Below are positions 1 to 10,512 of a DNA stretch of 64,000 nucleotides, piece after piece (position 1 is the first letter of the stretch; every line of letters starts with the position of its first letter). Source of the stretch: Pseudobdellovibrionaceae bacterium (GTDB taxonomy: Bacteria; Bdellovibrionota; Bdellovibrionia; Bdellovibrionales; Bdellovibrionaceae); the NCBI GenBank assembly GCA_043747555.1, contig JAYTOY010000047.1, positions 5,063-69,062 of the forward strand, read 5' to 3'. The notes under the pieces were generated by a model. It searched no databases, had not been told where the DNA came from, and saw nothing but the letters and a program-made list of their open reading frames with translations. The translations under genes were made by a program, and so were the position numbers.

Positions 1-312
1 GGTTTTAAACTTTATGCGTCCGTACCCAGCGATTCAGTCACGTCTTTAGTAGTCCCCAGCCATTTAGATTCGCAGAAAATGCGGCAGTATTTGGAAGATC
101 GTAATCGAATTACAATTATGGGGGGTCAGGATCAAGCCAAAGGAAAAATTTTGCGCATTGGACATATGGGTTTTATTCAAGATTCTGAAATGCTGAAACT
201 CATTGAAAGCCTAGGCCAAATGCTGATTTATTTTGATGCAAACCTTTTATCTGAGTCTGATCTTGAAAAAATTCTGATCGATCTGGACTCTTGGCAAAAG
301 GGGCATATATGA
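1..312 (+). CDS. Class V (AGXT/SerC-like) PLP aminotransferase, C-terminal fragment (5' end lies outside the window)
   Basis: Frame 1 is open from base 1. The tail ...GKILRIGHMGF... matches the conserved RIGHMG region of class V aminotransferases. Stop TGA 310-312 overlaps the next ATG (ATGA). Confidence 0.65.
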   Translation, partial: GFKLYASVPSDSVTSLVVPSHLDSQKMRQYLEDRNRITIMGGQDQAKGKILRIGHMGFIQDSEMLKLIESLGQMLIYFDANLLSESDLEKILIDLDSWQKGHI

Positions 313-1298
313 CAAAGAAAAAAATCCTCATCGCGGACCGTTTTTCGCAAGAAAGTTTTCTTTATTTACAAAGCCAACCCTGGGCCGAAGTGGTGCGCGC
401 AGATTCGCCGACGCATTTGCCTTTAGATCACGAGATTTCTTGTCATGCTTTACTCATTCGCAGTCGAACTATCATTGATGAAAAATTTCTAGCCAAAGCT
501 CGCAACTTGCAGGTAATTATCACCGGCACAAGTGGCTTTGATCATATTGACCTTGAGGCCACACAAAAATGGGGCATCACCGTGATGCACACGCCGGCGG
601 CCAATATCGAAAGTGCGGCGCAACTGACCTGGAGCTTAGTTTTAGCTTGCTCGGTGCAATTATTAAAAGCCCACCGCATGGTGAAATCCGGCGAATGGGA
701 TCGACATCAACTGCCCGCGTTTGAATTATGTGAAGGTCATTACGGCGTTGTGGGCCTTGGCCGTATTGGCAAGCGTGTGGCGCAGATTGCTCAGGCCTTT
801 GGCATGCATGTCATGGCTTTTGATCCCTATGTTGAAGACGAAATTTTTAGGCAAATGAAAATTGAACGCGTTGGCTATGAGGAAATTTTAAAGAAAAGTG
901 ATGTGTTAAGCTTTCATGTACCAAAAACTTTAGAAACTGAGCGTATGCTGACAAGGTCGCACTTTGATTTTCTAAACCCAAAACTGATTCTGGTGAATAC
1001 ATCCCGAGGAACGGTCATTCACGAAGGCGATCTGTGCGAAGCCATTGAAAAAAATTATTTGAAAGCCGTGGGCCTGGATGTTTATGAAAAAGAACCTTTG
1101 TCCCGGCATTCAAAACTTTTGCAGTATCCCAATGTTGTTTTAACTCCGCATATTGGCGCCAATACCGAGGAAGCTTTTTATAAGGCTTCCCAGGCCGCGG
1201 CCACAAAGCTTGTGCAGTTTTTTGCTGATGGTGGGACTTCAGATACGTTACCGCCTAGGGTGCCATGGTACGGCGCTACACCATTTAAGTCCGAGTGA
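309..1298 (+). CDS. serA: D-isomer-specific 2-hydroxyacid dehydrogenase, probably D-3-phosphoglycerate dehydrogenase (no ACT domain)
   Basis: NAD fold GVVGLGRIGKRVA. Family-typical NTSRG...GLDVYEKEP...LTPHIG. ATG 309 chosen because it overlaps the upstream stop. Pairing with an aminotransferase suggests the serine pathway. Confidence 0.72.
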   Translation: MTKKKILIADRFSQESFLYLQSQPWAEVVRADSPTHLPLDHEISCHALLIRSRTIIDEKFLAKARNLQVIITGTSGFDHIDLEATQKWGITVMHTPAANIESAAQLTWSLVLACSVQLLKAHRMVKSGEWDRHQLPAFELCEGHYGVVGLGRIGKRVAQIAQAFGMHVMAFDPYVEDEIFRQMKIERVGYEEILKKSDVLSFHVPKTLETERMLTRSHFDFLNPKLILVNTSRGTVIHEGDLCEAIEKNYLKAVGLDVYEKEPLSRHSKLLQYPNVVLTPHIGANTEEAFYKASQAAATKLVQFFADGGTSDTLPPRVPWYGATPFKSE

Positions 1299-1369
1299 AT
1301 TGATTGACGCTTAGTTTTAAATCTGGAAAATTTGTTTTGTGAATTAGTAGGCACACCGGGAGTTAAAAA

Positions 1370-2668
1370 ATGGCAGGAATCGTAGTGGTTGGAGCGCAGT
1401 GGGGCGATGAAGGCAAAGGCAAGCTGGTCGATGTCTTTGCCCAAAATGCCGATATGGTTGTGCGCTTTCAAGGCGGCAACAATGCCGGCCACACGCTGGT
1501 CGTGAACGGCCATAAAACGGTGCTGCATTTAATTCCTTCAGGCATTTTACATCCTGGAAAAATTTGTGTGATCGGATCTGCCGTCGTCCTAGATGTGTTT
1601 GGCTTAGCTGAAGAAATCAGAAAATTAAAAACAGCAGGGCTTTTACAAAACTCTTCCCAGCTGGTCATATCGGATCATTGCACGGTCTTAATGCCCTTCC
1701 ATAAAACTTTAGATGCGGCTCGCGAAAAAGCTTTGTCCGCTGGAAAAATCGGGACCACTGGTAAAGGCATTGGCCCTGCTTACGAAGATCGGGCCTCTCG
1801 CCGAGCGGTGCTGTTCGGTGATCTATATGACCCGAGCACTTTAAAAGCAAAATTAGAACATTCTTTATCTGAAAAAAATGTGCTGTTAGAAAAAATGTAC
1901 GGCGAAGAACCGATTGGCGTCGAAGGCTTGCTCGCTCAACTGATGAGCTTGGCTGAGGAACTTGCACCCTACCGCTGCCGCGACACTTCGCTTGTGATTA
2001 GCAAATGCTTAAGTGCCAACCGAAAAGTTTTATTCGAGGGCGCCCAAGGCACGATGTTAGATATTCACCATGGCACCTACCCGTTTGTGACAAGTTCAAG
2101 CACGATTGCCGGATCGGCTTGCATCGGCGCTGGTGTTGGCCCGACGGCCATTCAAACCGTGATCGGCGTATTTAAAGCTTATGTCACCCGAGTTGGCAGC
2201 GGCCCTTTTCCGACCGAACTTGATAATGCGATTGGCGAAAAATTGCGCAAAGACGGCCATGAATTTGGATCGACCACGGGGCGCGCGCGACGTTGTGGCT
2301 GGCTTGATTTAGTCGCCATGAATTATGCGATTCGCTTGAATGGCCTGACCAATTTAGCCTTGATGAAGTTAGATATTCTGACCGGCCACGATAAAATTGG
2401 AGTGTGTACAGCCTACAAATTAAACGGCCAGATTATAAAAGACTTACCTAATTCACCGTACGAATTATCAAAGGTTGAACCCGTTTTAGAATACTTACCC
2501 GGGTGGAGCGAAGACATTAGCAAAATCACAAACTTAATGAACCTTCCCAAGGCGGCTGCGGACTTTATTAACTTTGTCAGTCGCCACCTAGGAGTGCCCA
2601 TTGACGTCGTCAGCGTCGGCCCTGGCCGCGAACAAACCTTGTGGGCAAAGCCACTTTTTAAGGATTAA
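1370..2668 (+). CDS. purA: Adenylosuccinate synthetase
   Basis: 432 aa. Motifs GAQWGDEGKGK, QGGNNAGHT and GSTTGRARRCGWLD. GGGAG Shine-Dalgarno upstream. Confidence 0.97.
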   Translation: MAGIVVVGAQWGDEGKGKLVDVFAQNADMVVRFQGGNNAGHTLVVNGHKTVLHLIPSGILHPGKICVIGSAVVLDVFGLAEEIRKLKTAGLLQNSSQLVISDHCTVLMPFHKTLDAAREKALSAGKIGTTGKGIGPAYEDRASRRAVLFGDLYDPSTLKAKLEHSLSEKNVLLEKMYGEEPIGVEGLLAQLMSLAEELAPYRCRDTSLVISKCLSANRKVLFEGAQGTMLDIHHGTYPFVTSSSTIAGSACIGAGVGPTAIQTVIGVFKAYVTRVGSGPFPTELDNAIGEKLRKDGHEFGSTTGRARRCGWLDLVAMNYAIRLNGLTNLALMKLDILTGHDKIGVCTAYKLNGQIIKDLPNSPYELSKVEPVLEYLPGWSEDISKITNLMNLPKAAADFINFVSRHLGVPIDVVSVGPGREQTLWAKPLFKD

Positions 2669-2803
2669 TTCCGACTTGCGATGGCTTTTAGGTCACTTTG
2701 CTTATTTGGCGGGCAAGCCTAAAAATTTATATTTTGATAACGTTATTTCCGTGTTGACTCGCTCCCTGTTTTCTTGGAAATTAGCAAACTCTTACAAGCC
2801 AGT

Positions 2804-2879
2804 GGTTCGCTAGCTCAGCTGGTAGAGCACTTCACTTTTAATGAAGGGGTCGATGGTTCGAATCCATCGCGAGCCACCA
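2804..2879 (+). tRNA. tRNA-Lys (anticodon UUU), CCA encoded
   Basis: Hand-folded cloverleaf. Acceptor GGTTCGC/GCGAGCC, D arm GCTC-AGCTGGTA-GAGC, anticodon arm CTTCA-CTTTTAA-TGAAG, T arm GATGG-TTCGAAT-CCATC, then A-CCA. Confidence 0.95.
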
Positions 2880-2885
2880 TTTACT

Positions 2886-2961
2886 GTTCCCATCGTCTAG
2901 TGGCCTAGGACACCTCCCTTTCACGGAGGATACAGGGGTTCGAATCCCCTTGGGAACGCCA
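2886..2961 (+). tRNA. tRNA-Glu (anticodon UUC), CCA encoded
   Basis: Hand-folded cloverleaf. Acceptor GTTCCCA/TGGGAAC, anticodon arm CCTCC-CTTTCAC-GGAGG, T arm AGGGG-TTCGAAT-CCCCT, then G-CCA. Lies 6 nt after tRNA-Lys. Confidence 0.95.
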
Positions 2962-2966
2962 ATATT

Positions 2967-3006
2967 TCTGAATCCCGAATACCGTTTGCAGTATCCTGAA
3001 TTCAGA
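2967..3006 (+). terminator. Imperfect hairpin after the tRNA pair (possible terminator or processing structure)
   Basis: TCTGAAT (2967-2973) pairs with ATTCAGA (3000-3006), and the inner partial pairing GAATAC/GTATCC extends the stem. No U-tract follows. Confidence 0.3.
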
Positions 3007-3084
3007 TAGTTGGACGGTTCGATAACGAAAGTTTGCGACACTAAGATTTCAAAGGCTTATAAAAGAAGCTCAAGGGGGTTTGAA

Positions 3085-3414
3085 ATGTCAGAACAAACAG
3101 ATCAAGTCCTTCCAAAAATAATTACTTCCCTTAAACGTGAATTGAATCCGACTCAGCTGTTTCTTTATGGTTCGAGAGCCAATGAAACAGCCAAACCCGG
3201 CAGTGACTATGATTTCGTTGCTGTCATCCCAGAGTTCGATGCAAAAAATCGTTACGATGTGATGTCAAAACTTTCTTCGAAGCTATGGCAGGAACTTGAT
3301 GTCGAAGTTCAGGTTTGGGTTTACTCACAAGCGGACTTTGATGATTGGAAAGATGAATTTAGCTCTATTCCTGAAACCGCTTTAAATACTGGTATTGAGG
3401 TGACTCTTGGCTGA
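3085..3414 (+). CDS. Minimal nucleotidyltransferase (MNT), antitoxin-type partner of a HEPN toxin
   Basis: Pol-beta-type NTase motif LYGSRANETAKPGSDYDF (GS-X10-DxD). ATG 3085 is preceded by AGGGGG. The earlier ORF-track start runs back towards the tRNA region. Confidence 0.85.
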   Translation: MSEQTDQVLPKIITSLKRELNPTQLFLYGSRANETAKPGSDYDFVAVIPEFDAKNRYDVMSKLSSKLWQELDVEVQVWVYSQADFDDWKDEFSSIPETALNTGIEVTLG

Positions 3415-3424
3415 CCAGGGGCGC

Positions 3425-3814
3425 ATGTTAAAAATGTGGTTTCGAAAGGCTGCCCAAGACTTACAAACAGCTAGGCTTCTTGTTGCGCAAAACAATGAAA
3501 ATTTCTGGGGACCAACTGTTTTCCATGCTCAACAATGCGCTGAAAAATCCATTAAGGGCTTTCTGGTTCTTCAGAAAGTTCGCTTTAACAAAACCCACGA
3601 TATAGAAGTTCTCGTAAATTTAGTTGCATCGGTTGATAAAGAATTGAGTCAGAAGTTAGAGTCTGCAAAAATATTGACCCAATTTGCCGTGGCTTACCGA
3701 TATCCTGAAGAAAAAGAACCACCAGAAGCTTTGTCGCAAAATGTCTGTGGGCAGGTCGTTAAAATAGCCGATGGCGTTTATCAAAACCTACTGCAGAAAT
3801 GTGGGTTATTGTGA
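3425..3814 (+). CDS. HEPN domain protein (toxin-type RNase partner of MNT)
   Basis: Rx4H motif RFNKTH, helical AEKSIKGFL context. ATG 3425 lies 10 nt after the MNT stop, with AGGGG between them. Confidence 0.85.
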   Translation: MLKMWFRKAAQDLQTARLLVAQNNENFWGPTVFHAQQCAEKSIKGFLVLQKVRFNKTHDIEVLVNLVASVDKELSQKLESAKILTQFAVAYRYPEEKEPPEALSQNVCGQVVKIADGVYQNLLQKCGLL

Positions 3815-3886
3815 TATCAGATGCGGACCTTTCATATTTATTGAAAAATCCACCACCCGTTTTTTCTGTCTTTCGTGACAAGAATG

Positions 3887-4145
3887 GGCTCTCCTCCAAA
3901 GGTAGGGGCACCTGGAGTTTCTGTTAGCCGCAATAGGCTTTTACTCTTAGACGATAATTATTAAAATTATGCATTCCGTAAGCTCTGTTCTGTATCTCAT
4001 CCATTCGTCGATGTAAACCCTCCGTAATTGAATTTGTTTTACTAAATCTCCACATTCTGACGATCTCCTCACCCCAACTTTCTAATGTATTTCCAAGCGT
4101 TTCTAAATTTCTAAATCTTTCGCAGCAGAGATCAGCTTGTTCCAA
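3887..4145 (-). mobile_element. ISL3-family transposase C-terminal relic with a putative terminal inverted repeat
   Basis: The 73-aa ORF ends ...TNSITEGLHRRMDEIQNRAYGMHNFNNYRLRVKAYCG, like ISL3 transposase C-termini (EG.N.KIK...AYGF.NF.NFR.R). GGCTCTCC at 3887 resembles the GGCTCTT-type ISL3 end. No N-terminal part is present. Confidence 0.6.
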
Positions 4146-4477
4146 GTTAAAAATTCGTTCACCATTTTGACATCAAGGTCGCTAACCTGATGGTAGCCCA
4201 TGGCCCAATCGGAAAAAATTCGTGGATTCTCTTCGATCTCAAAAATGCGAATCACATTCGAGTGCCTAGGATCTTTTTCAATTTTCTTTAAAAGCGGTTC
4301 GACTTTTGATTTTTCGCCTTCAAGAAGCTGAAGAAAGACAACCGCTCTAAAAAGAAGAATGCCGGTAATATTATTTTTTGAATTATAATCTCTGGCTGCT
4401 GAAACAATGCTATCCACGGAGTTTGAATCATTTTCTTTATTGGCACGGCTGACATATAACGTCTGGAATATTTTCAT
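4103..4477 (-). CDS. Short standalone BLUF (blue-light FAD sensor) protein
   Basis: LYVSRA (Tyr), ITGILLF, FLQLLEGE (Gln), DPRH and FSDWAMGY (Trp/Met) all lie at canonical BLUF spacing. Confidence 0.85.
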   Translation of the reverse strand: MKIFQTLYVSRANKENDSNSVDSIVSAARDYNSKNNITGILLFRAVVFLQLLEGEKSKVEPLLKKIEKDPRHSNVIRIFEIEENPRIFSDWAMGYHQVSDLDVKMVNEFLTWNKLISAAKDLEI

Positions 4478-4566
4478 CGTTTAAGATTATGGTGGTCCGG
4501 CGTTTGAGTCATCCAATAGACCACCGGGCCTGAAGTCTATTCGCCCTTGGCCTAAGCTTGAAATCA

Positions 4567-7031
<2,465 letters not shown>

Positions 7032-7062
7032 CTATCATTAATCAGTTTCGTCGATAAATATA

Positions 7063-7099
7063 TTTGAATAATCCTAATGCAATGATAGTCTTTACCTAT
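7063..7099. promoter_or_regulatory. Candidate OxyR operator in the katG-oxyR divergent region
   Basis: Perfect ATAG-N7-CTAT at 7085-7099. A degenerate TTTG-N7-CTAA lies one helical repeat upstream at 7063-7077. The E. coli-type consensus is ATAG-N7-CTAT-N7-ATAG-N7-CTAT. Confidence 0.35.
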
Positions 7100-7118
7100 G
7101 AATGTATCATGGCTTACA

Positions 7119-8018
7119 ATGAGAGACCTCGAATATGTTCTCGCCGCAGCGAAGCACGAGCACTTTGGTCGCGCAGCCAAAGAATGCCGCATCAGCCAGC
7201 CGTCACTCAGTGCGCAAATAAAAAAGATCGAAGGCTATTTAGGGACCCTCCTCTTTGATCGAAACAGCCGGCGAGTGACGGCAACCGTCGCAGGTAAAAA
7301 GTTAGCTCAGCAAGCCGCTGTGATTTTGGACGAAGTGCGAAAGATTCCTAGTCTTTTGGCCCCATCTTCATCGGCTGAACTGGGGTCCATTAAGCTTGGT
7401 GTGATTTTCTCAGCGACTTCTTTGATCCCATACGTTATTAATGACTTGAAGAAAGCGTTTCGCGGAACACCCATCAGTCTGCGCGAAGGCACGACGGATG
7501 AACTAGTCCGAGAACTTAAATCAGGCGCTCTAGATGCTGTCATTGCTGCAGATACAGTGCATGAAAGTTCTTTAAGAACCATTCCTCTTTTCTTTGAGCC
7601 CTTTGTTTTTGCTGCGCCCAAAGGCCACCCGATTTTAAATAAAGCGAAACTAAAACCTTCAGATCTTCGAGCCTCAGAAATGGTTCTTTTAGAAGAAGGC
7701 CACTGTCTTCGAAAACAAGCTCTTCAAATCTGTCCAACGAATCGTCGAGGAAACCTGCGCTCCTTTCACGCCAACAGTATTGAAACACTCAAGCATTTAG
7801 TCGCAAGTGGTGTGGGCTATACACTTTTACCAAAACTTGCGACCAAGGGAAGCCCCATGAGTAATTTAATTTCCTACCTTGATTTCGAAACACCACAAAT
7901 TGGCAGAGACATCGTTTTGCTTTTTCGTGAGCAAGCGGCGGATCAAAAGGCCTTCGAGAGACTGACTCAATCTTTGCTGCGGGCCGTGCCCACCGAGTTT
8001 AAGCTTACGAAAAATTAA
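7119..8018 (+). CDS. oxyR: LysR-family peroxide-sensing regulator OxyR
   Basis: MRDLEYVLAAAKHEHFGRAA...SQPSLS helix-turn-helix. EGHCLRKQALQIC places two Cys 9 residues apart, like OxyR C199/C208. Divergent from katG. Alternative start at 7098. Confidence 0.85.
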   Translation: MRDLEYVLAAAKHEHFGRAAKECRISQPSLSAQIKKIEGYLGTLLFDRNSRRVTATVAGKKLAQQAAVILDEVRKIPSLLAPSSSAELGSIKLGVIFSATSLIPYVINDLKKAFRGTPISLREGTTDELVRELKSGALDAVIAADTVHESSLRTIPLFFEPFVFAAPKGHPILNKAKLKPSDLRASEMVLLEEGHCLRKQALQICPTNRRGNLRSFHANSIETLKHLVASGVGYTLLPKLATKGSPMSNLISYLDFETPQIGRDIVLLFREQAADQKAFERLTQSLLRAVPTEFKLTKN

Positions 8019-8123
8019 TTCCCGATGAAACCAAGGGCGCGGCAGCCTCAACCTTCCCGACCTAAATACCTTTTTCTAAAAGTGCTCCTGGCAGTCCCCA
8101 AGAAAGTGTGTATCCTTAACCAA

Positions 8124-8762
8124 ATGCGACTGAATATTTTTCGTTTCTTAAAAGAATTTAATTTTATCTCGACATTGCGTTTAGCCTTAAAAACTGGACA
8201 ACTCGGTCGTTTTCAAGTGCGTGGAAAAGTTCAGATCAGTTTGGCTCCAAGCTCTAAGATACTATTTGAAAGTACCGACACATGTTATATTGGAATCCCA
8301 CTGAAGGGTTTAGTCAGTTCAAGAATTCAACCCACTATGATTGGTGCAGGGCCAAATTCGCAACTGTCTTTAGCCGGTGCTATTATTGGCAGGAGCGCCA
8401 TCTTGAATGCTGGCGCGGGTGCTAAAATTTTTATCGGCGAAGGCAGCTATTTAAATGATGGCAGCCAAATCTATGCAAGCCAAGAAGTGCGCATCGGAAA
8501 AAATTGCGTGATCTCATGGAATGTAACAATTCTTGATGATGACGGACATGGCATGGGAGCAGGACCCTCTTGCAAACCTATAAAAATTGAAGATCGTGTT
8601 TGGGTTGGATGCAATGTCACTATTCTAAAAGGTGTCACCATCGGCGAAGGTTCAGTTGTTGCGGCAGGAGCCGTTGTCAATCGCTCGTGCCCTCCTCGTT
8701 CTTTGATTGGTGGAGTTCCTGCAAAAGTGATCCAGTCGAACGTTGAATGGTCAAACCTCTGA
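8124..8762 (+). CDS. Hexapeptide-repeat (left-handed beta-helix) acyl/acetyltransferase
   Basis: Repeats IGKNCVISWNVTILDDDGH...VWVGCNVTILKGVTIGEGSVVAAGAVV. ATG 8124 avoids overlap with oxyR. Confidence 0.75.
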   Translation: MRLNIFRFLKEFNFISTLRLALKTGQLGRFQVRGKVQISLAPSSKILFESTDTCYIGIPLKGLVSSRIQPTMIGAGPNSQLSLAGAIIGRSAILNAGAGAKIFIGEGSYLNDGSQIYASQEVRIGKNCVISWNVTILDDDGHGMGAGPSCKPIKIEDRVWVGCNVTILKGVTIGEGSVVAAGAVVNRSCPPRSLIGGVPAKVIQSNVEWSNL

Positions 8763-8832
8763 GAGTTGATAAACCGTTAGCAAGACTTATATCCATTGAC
8801 ACAGATCAGTGGTCTTTCTTAAAATCCAGAAT

Positions 8833-9495
8833 ATGACAAGTATCGAAGATCAAATTTTTAAAAACTATTGGTCAAGAAAACGCCTGCTTGAAGGAAAGAT
8901 TCCTCTTTTTCCATTAAAAAAGTGGTTTCCCCTAATAGAGCTTTGCGAAATTGAAGTGATTTATTTTGAAGCTATAAAAAGTTGCAAGAGCCTCCTTGAT
9001 GTGGGCGCAGGTGATCTTCGATTGATGAAAAAATTTGTGCGGGCCGGATACAAGGGCGAATATCACACCCAAGATATTTCGACAGAGCATCCGTATACCT
9101 ATCAACTCCTCTCCGAGGTCGATCGAAAATATGAGGCTATCATTTGCATGGACGTCTTAGAGCATATGAGCTTACATCAAGGTCTAGAGATGATTCAAAA
9201 GATGGCCTCTCTTTTAAGTGAAAATGGAACTTTAATTTTGCAAACACCGAATGCCCGTTGCATAAGAAACCCGATGGGTGGGGATATGACCCATCTTCAT
9301 TGTTACAACCTTTCTGACCTGTGGGCGTATTTAAGTTGTGAAGGTTTTCAAACTCGGGGGTTTCGAATTGTTCTTTCCAGACGTGAGAGCCTGATCCAAA
9401 AGTTACAAACCTTCGTGGCCCGCATTATAATCACAAAAATGATGGGCTGCGATTATGCTGATAACATCGCTGTGATTGGAAAAAAATCAGTTTAG
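8833..9495 (+). CDS. Class I SAM-dependent methyltransferase
   Basis: Motif I LLDVGAGDL and post-I/II ICMDVLEHM. Start uncertain (GTG 8809 or ATG 8833). Confidence 0.72.
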   Translation: MTSIEDQIFKNYWSRKRLLEGKIPLFPLKKWFPLIELCEIEVIYFEAIKSCKSLLDVGAGDLRLMKKFVRAGYKGEYHTQDISTEHPYTYQLLSEVDRKYEAIICMDVLEHMSLHQGLEMIQKMASLLSENGTLILQTPNARCIRNPMGGDMTHLHCYNLSDLWAYLSCEGFQTRGFRIVLSRRESLIQKLQTFVARIIITKMMGCDYADNIAVIGKKSV

Positions 9496-9651
9496 GACTT
9501 TTTCGGCAGTTTGCCTGCTAAACAATTTCATCTTCATAGCCTCCCAAGTAAAATTTTAAAATGAAGATCTATACTTAATTGATCTTTGGGCTAGACGTTC
9601 GCGGCTGTTCGCTGATATCGGTGAAACTGATTTTTAAACGGAGGAATTTAT

Positions 9652-10128
9652 ATGAACACCTTAATGACCTATTCCTATTTAATTTTTTCTTTGCTTTCTT
9701 TTTTGGTGGTGACTCCCCGCGCTGAAGCAGCCACTTGTTCTTTCACCGCTGCCAATTGGGAAATCAATGTCAAGGGCAACGATGTTGTCGTTCGTTCTTT
9801 GATTGGTGCGCCGACCACAGATATCACACAAGTCCCTGCCGCGAATGGATGGGAACGCAACCCTTCCCTTGGTTATCCAATCAGTGATGAGTTAACTCCC
9901 ACGGTAGGAAGCTCAAATCGCTACACTGATTTTGAAAATGGTGTGATTTATTGGAACTCAGCTTCAGGAAAAGCCGTTGAGCTCTTTCCTTTTCCACCAG
10001 CCAGCCGAGACAAGGCTGATTTTGAACTCGCTGCACAAACTCAGATCAACGAACTTTTGGTGCCTCATGGTGATCAAGTTTATGGCGACAATTGCGGATG
10101 TGACAAAGTACACGCGAAAAGGATTTAG
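9652..10128 (+). CDS. Secreted protein with an LGFP-like repeat (possibly the N-terminal part of a frame-disrupted gene)
   Basis: Signal peptide ...VVTPRAEA. LGYPISDE...NRYTDFENGVIYWNSASG resembles the LGFP repeat. GGAGG precedes ATG 9652. Confidence 0.55.
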   Translation: MNTLMTYSYLIFSLLSFLVVTPRAEAATCSFTAANWEINVKGNDVVVRSLIGAPTTDITQVPAANGWERNPSLGYPISDELTPTVGSSNRYTDFENGVIYWNSASGKAVELFPFPPASRDKADFELAAQTQINELLVPHGDQVYGDNCGCDKVHAKRI

Positions 10129-10501
10129 CGACGTGATTGGACGTGAGTTTCAAATTGATTTGCGAATCAAATACAAAGCAGAATTTTTAGGGATTGATGG
10201 CATTTTACCCGATCCCTATTCAGATTTAAAACTTCGGCTCGGTGTTGGTCACCGGCGAACTTTCGGTGGCGAAGCAGAGCTGACAATAACTTTGACCCAT
10301 TGGAGTGCACGCACACATGTTCCGTCACCAACAAGCGGTGTTATTTCAGCGGAAACTATCAATGCACGACTGCGCGACGACATCATGAAAAATATAATCG
10401 GCAAAGCGCGAGTGGTGGGAACAATTCCTTCTCCGCTCGTTGTGCTTTCAGTGAAAGCTATGGCCAATGGCGATTTAAAAACTTATATTGAACCCCTATA
10501 G
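10082..10501 (+). CDS. Hypothetical protein (or the C-terminal part of the preceding gene in the +1 frame)
   Basis: This frame is open across 9977-10501 and overlaps the previous ORF. The first plausible ATG at 10082 has no Shine-Dalgarno sequence. No recognised motif. Confidence 0.4.
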   Translation: MATIADVTKYTRKGFSDVIGREFQIDLRIKYKAEFLGIDGILPDPYSDLKLRLGVGHRRTFGGEAELTITLTHWSARTHVPSPTSGVISAETINARLRDDIMKNIIGKARVVGTIPSPLVVLSVKAMANGDLKTYIEPL

Positions 10502-10512
10502 GAAATAAAAAA

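Noticed and set aside
2838-3041. 67-aa minus-strand ORF from the ORF track
   Set aside because: It lies antisense across tRNA-Lys and tRNA-Glu. Its 'protein' is just the reverse complement of the tRNA stems.
8025-8123. Long N-terminal extensions in ORF-track models (8025, 25041, 27216, 49270, 55935)
   Set aside because: The extensions are basic or low-complexity, overlap neighbouring genes or terminators, and precede internal Met codons that begin signal peptides or conserved domains.
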